In this document: positions 31,922-39,874 of the stretch, in pieces
How positions within the stretch are numbered: the stretch's first letter is position 1
How the letters are laid out: each line of letters starts with the position of its first letter
DNA from: Gammaproteobacteria bacterium
GTDB taxonomy: Bacteria > Pseudomonadota > Gammaproteobacteria > Pseudomonadales > Pseudohongiellaceae
Reading direction: 5' to 3'
Assembly: GCA_018401885.1 (NCBI GenBank)
Contig: JAGYKB010000011.1
Span: 4,575-68,574, forward strand
Length of the DNA stretch: 64,000 nucleotides
The notes under the pieces: generated by a model
Told to the model about the DNA's origin: nothing
Database searches by the model: none
The model's input: the letters and a program-made list of their open reading frames with translations, nothing else
Made by a program: the position numbers and the translations under genes

Positions 31922-32962
31922 GTGGAAATAACCTCCGGCCAGCTCAACGCTCAGCTAAGACTTCCCAATCGAGCGCTCTACTGGGTATCCGGCGACGACC
32001 CTCTTCTTATGCTCGAAGCGGGCGACGCCATTCGATCGTTCCTTAGAAACCAAGGTTTTGATCAGCGTGACTTATTCCATGTTGATAAAAACTTTGATTG
32101 GAACAACTTCTTACAGCTTACGGGCAGCCTGTCTTTATTCGCAGATAAGCGAATGATTGAACTACGATTCTCAGCTGCAAAACCTGACGACGAAGGCAAG
32201 AAGGCACTGCAACATTTTATAGACAATCCAAGCGACGATATCGCAGTAATGATTATCGGCCCGAAACTAGACAAAGCCACCACCTCAACTAAATGGTTCG
32301 GCAGCCTTACGGCTAATGCATTACTGGTTAAAGTTTGGCCACTGAAACGCGCAGAACTCCCCAGCTGGCTCAACACGAGACTTAAGACCGCGGGGATATC
32401 AGCGAGCAGAGACGCCGTCGCGATGCTTGCCGACAGAGTCGAGGGAAACTTGCTTGCAGCAGTGCAAGATATAGAACGAATAAAATTAGCCTATGCAGAT
32501 GATAAAGAGCCTACAAAGCAGTTAGAGGTGAGCGATATCGTCGACTTTGTTAGCGATAATTCTAGGCTCACGGCTTTTGACTTAATCGACGCGACCCTGC
32601 TCGGAGAAACGAGTCGAGCTCAGAAAATTCTTCAAGGGTTGAAAGCCGAAGGCGCGCATCCACTGCCGATTTTGGCAACTTTTACCCGTGAGCTTGATAG
32701 CCTCTTACCGATGCTGGCACAAAAAGAGCAAGGGCAATCGAGTGAGACGATCATTCGAAACGCACGCGTCTGGTCCAACCGCAAAGCGGTTGTGAACAGC
32801 AGTCTCGCGCGCCTGAGCAGATCTCAGGTTTGGCAACTGCTCCATCACGCGAGGATAATCGACGGGGCAATAAAGGGCATGAACCTGGCGAATCCTTGGG
32901 ACGAACTCAGTTTACTCTCACTTAGATTGAGTGGCGCTTCGTCCACTCCGAAGCGCCGCTAG
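31922..32962 (+). CDS. holA: DNA polymerase III delta subunit
   Basis: Delta-subunit-like sequence (...YWVSGDDPLLMLEAGDAIR...FSLFADKRMIELR...). I prefer GTG 31922, preceded by AAGGA-N7. The listed ORF starts at TTG 31868 and overlaps lptE. Confidence 0.8.
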   Translation: MEITSGQLNAQLRLPNRALYWVSGDDPLLMLEAGDAIRSFLRNQGFDQRDLFHVDKNFDWNNFLQLTGSLSLFADKRMIELRFSAAKPDDEGKKALQHFIDNPSDDIAVMIIGPKLDKATTSTKWFGSLTANALLVKVWPLKRAELPSWLNTRLKTAGISASRDAVAMLADRVEGNLLAAVQDIERIKLAYADDKEPTKQLEVSDIVDFVSDNSRLTAFDLIDATLLGETSRAQKILQGLKAEGAHPLPILATFTRELDSLLPMLAQKEQGQSSETIIRNARVWSNRKAVVNSSLARLSRSQVWQLLHHARIIDGAIKGMNLANPWDELSLLSLRLSGASSTPKRR

Positions 32963-32982
32963 GCGAAAAACTCTCAGCTAGG

Positions 32983-35109
32983 CTACTGCAGACCTCGTCT
33001 TAACAGAAGCGGCTCGACGGAGGCATCTCGCCCCCTAAAATCCCTAAACAAACTCATTGCATCACGGCTGCCACCTTTGGAAAGCAAAGTGTTTCTGAAG
33101 TGGTCGCCGTTGACACGAAGCAGTCCCCCATTCTCCTTAAACCACTCGACGCTGTCGGCATCTAGTACTTCGCTCCAAATGTAAGAGTAATATCCTGCCG
33201 AATAGCCTCCCATAATGTGTGAAAAATAAGCACTCTTGTAGCGTGGAGGAACCTGCCTGATATCCAGACCAGCTCTGGCCAACGCATCTACTTCAAATTG
33301 AGGAATCTGATCGGCGCTGGGTACTTCGTTCGGCGCTAACTGGTGGAGCGCCTGATCAAGAACCGAAGCAGCTAGATACTCCGACGTGGAGAAACCTTGA
33401 TTAAACTTCTGTGCCGAAAGCACTTTATCGAGCAGCGCCTTAGGCATCGGCTCACCGGTTTCGTAATGTACGGCATAGTTGGCAAGGACTTCCGGCCACG
33501 TCGCCCACATCTCATTAACCTGTGACGGATACTCAACGAAGTCGCGGGGCACCGATGTTCCAGAAAAATAAGGATACTCAACATCGGAGAATAAACCATG
33601 CAGCGCATGCCCGAATTCGTGGAAAAGCGTCGTCACTTCGTCGAAAGTCAGGAGTGTCTCTACACCCTCTGCTGGTTTTGTTATGTTTAGGTGGTTCGCG
33701 ACTACCGGACTGGTTCCCATCAGACCACTCTGCGGCACGTAAGCGTTCATCCATGCACCGCCGCGCTTAGAGGGCCGCGCATAGTAATCGCCGATAAAAA
33801 TACCTAACTTTGTCCCCGCGACATCGAACACATCGAAGACACGAACGTCGTCTTGATACACTGGCAAATCAAACCGTTCGGCGAAAGTGAGACCGTAAAG
33901 TTTTTCCGCAGCAAAGAAAACACCAAGCTTGAGCACATTATCCAGTTCGAAATAGGGCCGTAACTGTGACTCATCGAACGCATAGCGCTGCTGTCGCAAC
34001 TGCTCGCTATAGAACTGCCAATCCCACGCTTCGAGCTCGAAGTCATCTCCATTGGCCTTGACTATTTCCTGCAGGTCTTCGGCTTCACGCCTTGCATTCG
34101 CGGCAGCGGCGGGCGCAAGCGAGGCTAACCGCGCATTGACGGCATCGACAGTCAATGCCGTAGCATCTTCGAGCACATAGTCAGCGTGGGTCGGATAACC
34201 CAAAAGATTCGCGCGCTCCGCCCTTAGTCGAAGAACTGTAGACAGCACCTCTTTATTATCAAACTCTCCTCCGCGTGTTCCGCGAGCGACGGACGCGCGG
34301 TGAATCGCTTCTCTAACCCTGCGATTCTGCAGACTACTCAAGGCGGGCTGCCCACTCGTGTTAAGGAGAGGCAATACAAATTTCCCGTCATACCCTCTCT
34401 CGACCGCCTCCTTTGCCGCAGCAACAATGAGTGCCTCATCAAGGCCGGCAAGCTCTTCACGAGTGTCAACTACAACAGCCATCGCATTGACTTCATTGAG
34501 CACGTTTTGACTAAATTGAGTCTGCAACAGAGCCATCTCAGCGTTGATCTCTTTTAAGCGACGCTGCTGATCCGAACCGAGCGCTGCGCCAGCGCGGACG
34601 AAGTCGGTGTAATATTGTTCTACCAAACGCAGCGCTTCAGCATCCAATCCAAGCTCTGTACGGCGCGCATAAACACGCTCAATTCGAGCGAATAATTTGG
34701 GATTCAATACGATCGAGTCATCATGGGCGGCGAGCTCAGGCGCGATTTCCTGCTGTATCCTCTGCAGCGCGTCGTTGGTGTGCGCGCCCGCAAGCGCGAA
34801 GAATACGCGACCCACCCTGTTGAGTAACTGCCCTGAAACCTCAAGTGCTAAAAAGGTATTCTCAAAACTTGGTGGAGCATCCTGCTCCGCGATCGCCGCT
34901 GCCTCGGCCTTCTGCTGCGCCATGCCAGCTCTGAAAGCAGGTAAGTAATGCTCGCTTTCTATTTTGTCGAAGGGTGGATATTGGAGATCGAGAGAACTCT
35001 CTTCAGCAAAAGGATTACCTTCAAGTGTCATCGGGATCGTCGTCTGCGCGGCGGCGGAAACGCTTGTTAAACCCACCGCTATCGCAATACTTGCTAGGGA
35101 TACTTTCAT
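32983..35109 (-). CDS. dcp: M3 family metallopeptidase, peptidyl-dipeptidase Dcp-like, secreted
   Basis: Zinc motif HEFGHALH. M3 core (...GGAWMN...FSHIMGGYSAGYYSY). Signal peptide MKVSLASIAIAVGLTSVSAAA from ATG 35109. Confidence 0.85.
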   Translation of the reverse strand: MKVSLASIAIAVGLTSVSAAAQTTIPMTLEGNPFAEESSLDLQYPPFDKIESEHYLPAFRAGMAQQKAEAAAIAEQDAPPSFENTFLALEVSGQLLNRVGRVFFALAGAHTNDALQRIQQEIAPELAAHDDSIVLNPKLFARIERVYARRTELGLDAEALRLVEQYYTDFVRAGAALGSDQQRRLKEINAEMALLQTQFSQNVLNEVNAMAVVVDTREELAGLDEALIVAAAKEAVERGYDGKFVLPLLNTSGQPALSSLQNRRVREAIHRASVARGTRGGEFDNKEVLSTVLRLRAERANLLGYPTHADYVLEDATALTVDAVNARLASLAPAAAANARREAEDLQEIVKANGDDFELEAWDWQFYSEQLRQQRYAFDESQLRPYFELDNVLKLGVFFAAEKLYGLTFAERFDLPVYQDDVRVFDVFDVAGTKLGIFIGDYYARPSKRGGAWMNAYVPQSGLMGTSPVVANHLNITKPAEGVETLLTFDEVTTLFHEFGHALHGLFSDVEYPYFSGTSVPRDFVEYPSQVNEMWATWPEVLANYAVHYETGEPMPKALLDKVLSAQKFNQGFSTSEYLAASVLDQALHQLAPNEVPSADQIPQFEVDALARAGLDIRQVPPRYKSAYFSHIMGGYSAGYYSYIWSEVLDADSVEWFKENGGLLRVNGDHFRNTLLSKGGSRDAMSLFRDFRGRDASVEPLLLRRGLQ

Positions 35110-35165
35110 TATTGAGCCTCTTTTTTGATCTGAATTCAGCCTTCTCAGGGCATTATATTCCAGTC

Positions 35166-36506
35166 CTATTGAAAATAGACCATGACGATGGCTGCCGGAC
35201 AGATAAAGCGAATATAGAACGGCCAAACTTTCCAAAAGAAGCCCGACGCCGCATTCGGAGACCCCTGCTTAATCTCTTCAAGGATAGCCGAGCGATTCCA
35301 AATCCAACCAGTGAAAATGCAGAAAAACAGTCCTAGCAATGGCTGGCTCATTTCAGTAGTTAAGGTGACTACCCATTCGAACAGCGCGTCGAAATTAAAC
35401 ACGATCACTAGCGAAATAACTGCGATTATCGAGCCAAGCAGCATTGCCGCCTTAGGTCTGCGAACCTCTCGAGACTCAACTACAAACGAAACAGGTACCT
35501 CTAGCATAGAAATCGAGGACGTAAGCGAGGCGATTGTCATCAGCGCGAAAAATGCGAAGGCTACGAAACCGCCTATAGCCCCCATGTTGTCGAACAGAGC
35601 CGGTAGCACTGAAATAATCAAACCAGGACCCGCGATCAACCCGCCCTGCGCATCGAAAATTTCTACACCGCTCGCGAGCGCAACATACATGGCAGGTAAA
35701 ATGAGGAGACCTGCGAGCACCGCTATTCCGACATCGAGAAGTGCAACGAGACTTCCGATTACGGGCAGATTTTCGTTCTTGCTAATATAAGAACCATACA
35801 CAAGCATTGTGCCCACGCCGAGAGACAGTGAAAAGAACGCTTGTCCCATTGCGCTGACAAGGAGCCCTGGTTTGGCGAAGACAGAAAAATCCGGGACTAA
35901 GTAAGCGCGCAGACCATCCATAGCACCTGGCAGCGTAAACACATAGCCAATCAAAAACACGAGAATAAGAACCAAGGACGGCATTAAACGAGTGGCCCAC
36001 TTCTCAATCCCTTCCTTGACCCCAGCACTAATAATAAAAATAGTGAGAAGCATGAAGCTAATAACAAAAATTGAATTGCGTAGGATTCCATCCACTGTCA
36101 ACCATTCTGACAGCGCCTCTAGACCAGCGGCGTCCGCAATCGGCTGCAGTAAAAAAGCCAACATCCAACCGCTGACAATAGCGTAAAAACTCAGTATGAA
36201 GCTCACGGTCACAATACCTAGACCGCCAACCACAGAACCAAATAACTTACTCTTTGGACCTGTCGCGATGGTTCTCAACGCCGTAACGCCATTGGCACGA
36301 GCGTAACGGCCTATAATCAGTTCTGCCATCAGCGCGGGATAGGCTAAGGCAAACGCGAGCAAAAGGTAGGCGAATAAAAACGCTGCGCCGCCATTGCTTG
36401 CGGCGTTGGTGGGGAAGCCCCATATATTACCAAGACCGACTGCCGAGCCCGCAGCTGCCATAAGAAAGCCGAATCGAGATGAAAATTCGCCGCGTGGACT
36501 CGCCAT
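35166..36506 (-). CDS. Sodium-dependent transporter, NSS (SNF) family
   Basis: 446 aa, about 11-12 TM. N-terminal signature FLMAAAGSAVGLGNIWGFP. Confidence 0.88.
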   Translation of the reverse strand: MASPRGEFSSRFGFLMAAAGSAVGLGNIWGFPTNAASNGGAAFLFAYLLLAFALAYPALMAELIIGRYARANGVTALRTIATGPKSKLFGSVVGGLGIVTVSFILSFYAIVSGWMLAFLLQPIADAAGLEALSEWLTVDGILRNSIFVISFMLLTIFIISAGVKEGIEKWATRLMPSLVLILVFLIGYVFTLPGAMDGLRAYLVPDFSVFAKPGLLVSAMGQAFFSLSLGVGTMLVYGSYISKNENLPVIGSLVALLDVGIAVLAGLLILPAMYVALASGVEIFDAQGGLIAGPGLIISVLPALFDNMGAIGGFVAFAFFALMTIASLTSSISMLEVPVSFVVESREVRRPKAAMLLGSIIAVISLVIVFNFDALFEWVVTLTTEMSQPLLGLFFCIFTGWIWNRSAILEEIKQGSPNAASGFFWKVWPFYIRFICPAAIVMVYFQ

Positions 36507-36641
36507 AGTTATATCCTTTTACACGTTTGTGCTGCTCGTCCGGCAGAGTTCGCCGCTGTTTTGGCGCTCACAAGGGTAACGTGCCGCCTCAATCCACTCA
36601 AATTGACCGTGAACTTGGTGCCTTTAATTGCTCAAAATTGA

Positions 36642-37601
36642 CTAGTTTTGCTCGTAAGAGTCGAGTAGAAATCGCGCCCTTGCAGGATCAATCAATTTAA
36701 ACACCACATTAGAAATAACACTTACCGAGCCATTTAAATTCACTTCGAGTGAGGGAATAGTAAAAAGACCTGCGGCGCTATCGAAAGTGGCTATGCCATC
36801 GAATACTGCCTGCCTCGGTATAACGCTCTCTTGATTCGCTTGAATCACAAACCCGAGATCGGACGCTACGGAGCTAAAATTTAAACTTACGATGTCGCTG
36901 CCGTTGTCGATATTGACACTCGTAATCAGCAGTCCAGTGCCGCTTTCGTAGACGTGCGCAGCGGAGCTAAAACGCTCGGTGACCTCAACATTCATGTAAA
37001 CAAATGAAGTGGGGTTTTCGTAAAATTCCGAGAAATAAGGTGCGTTTGTCGCCTTCGCGCCGAGGCTGACAAAGGGCAGTGCGTCTATCGCATCGAGCAC
37101 AGCCATTCCGTCGCCAAGAATGGTACCGAATACGGTAAACCCGCCGTTGCTCCCATCGAGATTTGCGCTGTTGTCCGCAAGGTTTACAAACCATTGATTA
37201 GTCGCACTATCGGGATCGCCATCGACTTTAGCCATAGCGACGGTGCCACGTACATTTGAGGCACCGAATTCATTCACAACGGGCTCCCCAACAGGAATAT
37301 CGATCGGGCCTTCGAACAATTTAAATCGGTATGCACCGCCTTGAACCACAAAATTATCAACGACACGATGCAGGTAAGTGCCGTTAAAATCATTTCGATC
37401 GACGTAGCCAAGAAAATTCGCCACTGTGAGGGGGGCTGATTCGTCCAGCAGCTCAATCGAATAGTCACCGACGCTCGTACTCACTCGTACGATAGTTCCT
37501 GCGAGCGACGTGGCACTGGCAAAAATGCTAAATAAGGCAAAAGCCGCGCAGAACGCGCGAAGCGTACTCTTTGAAAAGTAATCGATAGCGAGTTTGAACA
37601 T
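36642..37601 (-). CDS. Secreted cyclophilin-type peptidyl-prolyl isomerase with a ~140-aa C-terminal extension
   Basis: Signal peptide from ATG 37601. Cyclophilin core YLHRVVDNFVVQGG...GTVAMAK...NQWFVNL..LDG...FTVFG. The C-terminal beta-rich region has no motif I recognise. Confidence 0.82.
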   Translation of the reverse strand: MFKLAIDYFSKSTLRAFCAAFALFSIFASATSLAGTIVRVSTSVGDYSIELLDESAPLTVANFLGYVDRNDFNGTYLHRVVDNFVVQGGAYRFKLFEGPIDIPVGEPVVNEFGASNVRGTVAMAKVDGDPDSATNQWFVNLADNSANLDGSNGGFTVFGTILGDGMAVLDAIDALPFVSLGAKATNAPYFSEFYENPTSFVYMNVEVTERFSSAAHVYESGTGLLITSVNIDNGSDIVSLNFSSVASDLGFVIQANQESVIPRQAVFDGIATFDSAAGLFTIPSLEVNLNGSVSVISNVVFKLIDPARARFLLDSYEQN

Positions 37602-37829
37602 AAAATACACTTGAAAGCTGAATGATGAGAGGTATTGTAACTGCGGTATCGCCATGGCGCCACAAGGTAAAAGCGAGACGCAAAATCAGTATATTTCTAG
37701 GCAAAATATAGAGAGCAGGATAGACACTGTGGTATCTTCGCGCCTCGCGCCGGACAGCGCATACGGTGCCTATTTCTTCATTGCCAATACATTTAGTGAC
37801 GCTCCATATAAAACGAATACGGGTAATCA

Positions 37830-39296
37830 GTGAACACGAAACAGCATTCATTCCATCGCGCGGCCGACGATAACTCTAGCAGGCTCGGTATCGGCATAGA
37901 CTACGGCACGAGCAACAGCGCTGCTGCAATATTCGATGGAGTAAAGGTGACCGTAATCTCTCTTGAAGAAGCGGCCAAGGTCATGCCGAGTGCTACTTAC
38001 ATCAACCGCGAGTATCAAATAGTCACTGGGCAGGCTGCTATCGATGAATATGTCAACAGTAATACAGGCCGAACGGTCGAGCTAAGCGCAGAAATTCTCG
38101 GGGAGGGACGCACCTCTACCGGACAAATCGGAGATCACGGTTTACCCGAAGAAGCCTCTACCTCGCTGATCTATGGTCAGTCCCTCGTCGATGGCGGGCA
38201 ACAGGGGCGGCTCTTCAGAGGCGTTAAAAGACTATTGGGTAACAACGAGTCACAGCGACTCATGGTGTTCGACAAGCCTTTCCGCCTTGTCGCCCTTATC
38301 ACCCCTCTGCTCCTGCGCATACGCAGAACTATCGAAGCGCAATTGCCATCCGGACTGAGTCCAAAACCTGTTATCGATCACGCCTGCATCGGGCATCCGG
38401 TTAATTTCGAAGGATCCCAAAGTGATAGGAATCGCGCAGCCCTGAGCGCGCTGTCAGAGAGCTATGGCTACGCTCAGTTCACTCATCAGAGCTTTTATCC
38501 GGAACCTAACGCTGCGGCACTGAGCTATCTTCACGCTAATCCGCAGCTACAAACAAAAACTCTCTTAGCTGTCGACTTCGGAGGAGGTACGCTAGATCTA
38601 TGCGTCATCAAGCATACCCAGAAAGATTTTGAAGTCATAGCGACACATGGCATTGGCTTGGGCGGCGACCATATCGACCAACTTCTCTTCAGAGAGCTAA
38701 TTTTTCCTTTACTCGGCAAAGGTGAGCGCTGGCGACGGGCGGGAGAAGACCGGGAAATTGAGACATTGTTCCCCTTCGAGGAATATGAAGACCTACTGCT
38801 CAATTGGGCTGTGAGCTACATGCTCAATCAGAATAAATACACCACACCGCTGCATCAAAGGATTCAGGAAGGCGACGAGGCTTCGGTAAAATTTCAGCGC
38901 CTATACGACCTCATTAAAAACAATCACAGCTACCTTGTGTTCCAATTACTGAAAGAGCTAAAAGCAGAGCTATCACGCAAAGAGTCGGCCAATCTCGATA
39001 TACCGGAGCTCGATATAGAACTGACGCTTACACGCGCTCAGTTCGAGAGCATGATCTCAGGGCTCATGGTGAAATTTGAACAAGCCATCGATGACACACT
39101 CTCGCGCGCCGGAATCGACGGTAGCCAGATCGAACTCGTTATTCGCACAGGAGGCTCCTCGCTAATCCCTGCGGTGAAACGCATCCTCGAAGAGCGCTTC
39201 CCTGACAAAGTTGTTGAGCACGACCCCTTCACGAGTGTCGCTGCAGGTCTGGCAATCGCAGAATATTTGGGTGCTTCGAATACTGACGAGACTTAG
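37830..39296 (+). CDS. Hsp70-family actin-like ATPase, YegD-like (no canonical substrate-binding domain)
   Basis: Phosphate-1 GIDYGTSNSAAA, phosphate-2 AVDFGGGTLDLCVI and adenosine motif IRTGGSSLIPAV. 488 aa, GTG start. Confidence 0.8.
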   Translation: MNTKQHSFHRAADDNSSRLGIGIDYGTSNSAAAIFDGVKVTVISLEEAAKVMPSATYINREYQIVTGQAAIDEYVNSNTGRTVELSAEILGEGRTSTGQIGDHGLPEEASTSLIYGQSLVDGGQQGRLFRGVKRLLGNNESQRLMVFDKPFRLVALITPLLLRIRRTIEAQLPSGLSPKPVIDHACIGHPVNFEGSQSDRNRAALSALSESYGYAQFTHQSFYPEPNAAALSYLHANPQLQTKTLLAVDFGGGTLDLCVIKHTQKDFEVIATHGIGLGGDHIDQLLFRELIFPLLGKGERWRRAGEDREIETLFPFEEYEDLLLNWAVSYMLNQNKYTTPLHQRIQEGDEASVKFQRLYDLIKNNHSYLVFQLLKELKAELSRKESANLDIPELDIELTLTRAQFESMISGLMVKFEQAIDDTLSRAGIDGSQIELVIRTGGSSLIPAVKRILEERFPDKVVEHDPFTSVAAGLAIAEYLGASNTDET

Positions 39297-39874
39297 GGCA
39301 CTGCAATCTGAAGTGAATCTGCGCCAACTGCGAAAGTGATGCTTTCGATGCTTCCGCCCCGCTCGACATTTACGAGATTCGACTGATCAGGCCAGACATC
39401 GCGCAGAACACTATTGATAATACGCAACTGCAACGCTTTGCCGATGTGACTCGTCGCGAAGCCTGGTACTTCTTGATAAACCCAAAGGTATTGGCCGTCG
39501 ATTTCTTCACCGAGGTAGAGAGGGGTCAACTCCTGTAATGACGCGCTATCATCAACAGCCAAAGCGAAGCGATTTACCACATAACTGCCAAAAAGTGCAC
39601 GTGAGTCAGCGGACTCAATGATGTCTTGCTTGGTGCCAAACACAACACTTGCGGCATGCTCGGCGTCGTGAAGAAATAGTCTGTGCATTATTTCTAGACT
39701 GCCGGTATTGGCGTTGAACAGCAGTCTTGTGACCGCAGTTTTCTGTTGATGTGCATGGCTAGGGATACTGGTAACAACCAACAGTGCAGCGAATAAAAAC
39801 AAGCAAGCCCGCTTCAGCGCGGGCTTGTTTGTAATGAGAGACGCTAAACTAGTTTGCGCTTTCATCATCCTCAT
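39293..39874 (-). CDS. DUF6702-like small secreted protein
   Basis: Signal peptide ...FAALLVVTSIPSHA, then HQQKTAVTRLLFNANTGSLEIMHRLFLHDAEHA. The start is uncertain: ATGs lie at 39874, 39868 and 39865, and GAGGA-N5 precedes 39874. The gene overlaps the 3' end of the M1 peptidase gene. The family assignment is from memory. Confidence 0.5.
   Translation of the reverse strand: MRMMKAQTSLASLITNKPALKRACLFLFAALLVVTSIPSHAHQQKTAVTRLLFNANTGSLEIMHRLFLHDAEHAASVVFGTKQDIIESADSRALFGSYVVNRFALAVDDSASLQELTPLYLGEEIDGQYLWVYQEVPGFATSHIGKALQLRIINSVLRDVWPDQSNLVNVERGGSIESITFAVGADSLQIAVP
39791..39826 (-). terminator. Intrinsic-terminator-like hairpin just downstream of the M1 peptidase stop (inside the DUF6702-like ORF)
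   Basis: Minus strand: AAGCCCGC-gctgaa-GCGGGCTT followed by gcttgtttttatt. The 8-bp GC-rich stem is at 39805..39826 and begins about 22 nt after the stop codon at 39849. Confidence 0.4.

Noticed and set aside
35110-35235. N-terminal ORF extensions that overlap upstream genes: dcp to 35235, ybeY from 27040, rlpA to 49325, serA from 58629, dinB from 60966, srkA to 24060, proA to 55497, PPIase to 37655, GIY-YIG to 57679, and the membrane protein to 44600
   Set aside because: In each case an internal start gives a canonical N-terminus (a signal peptide or the conserved family start), usually has a Shine-Dalgarno sequence, and removes the overlap. The extensions are ORF-caller artefacts.
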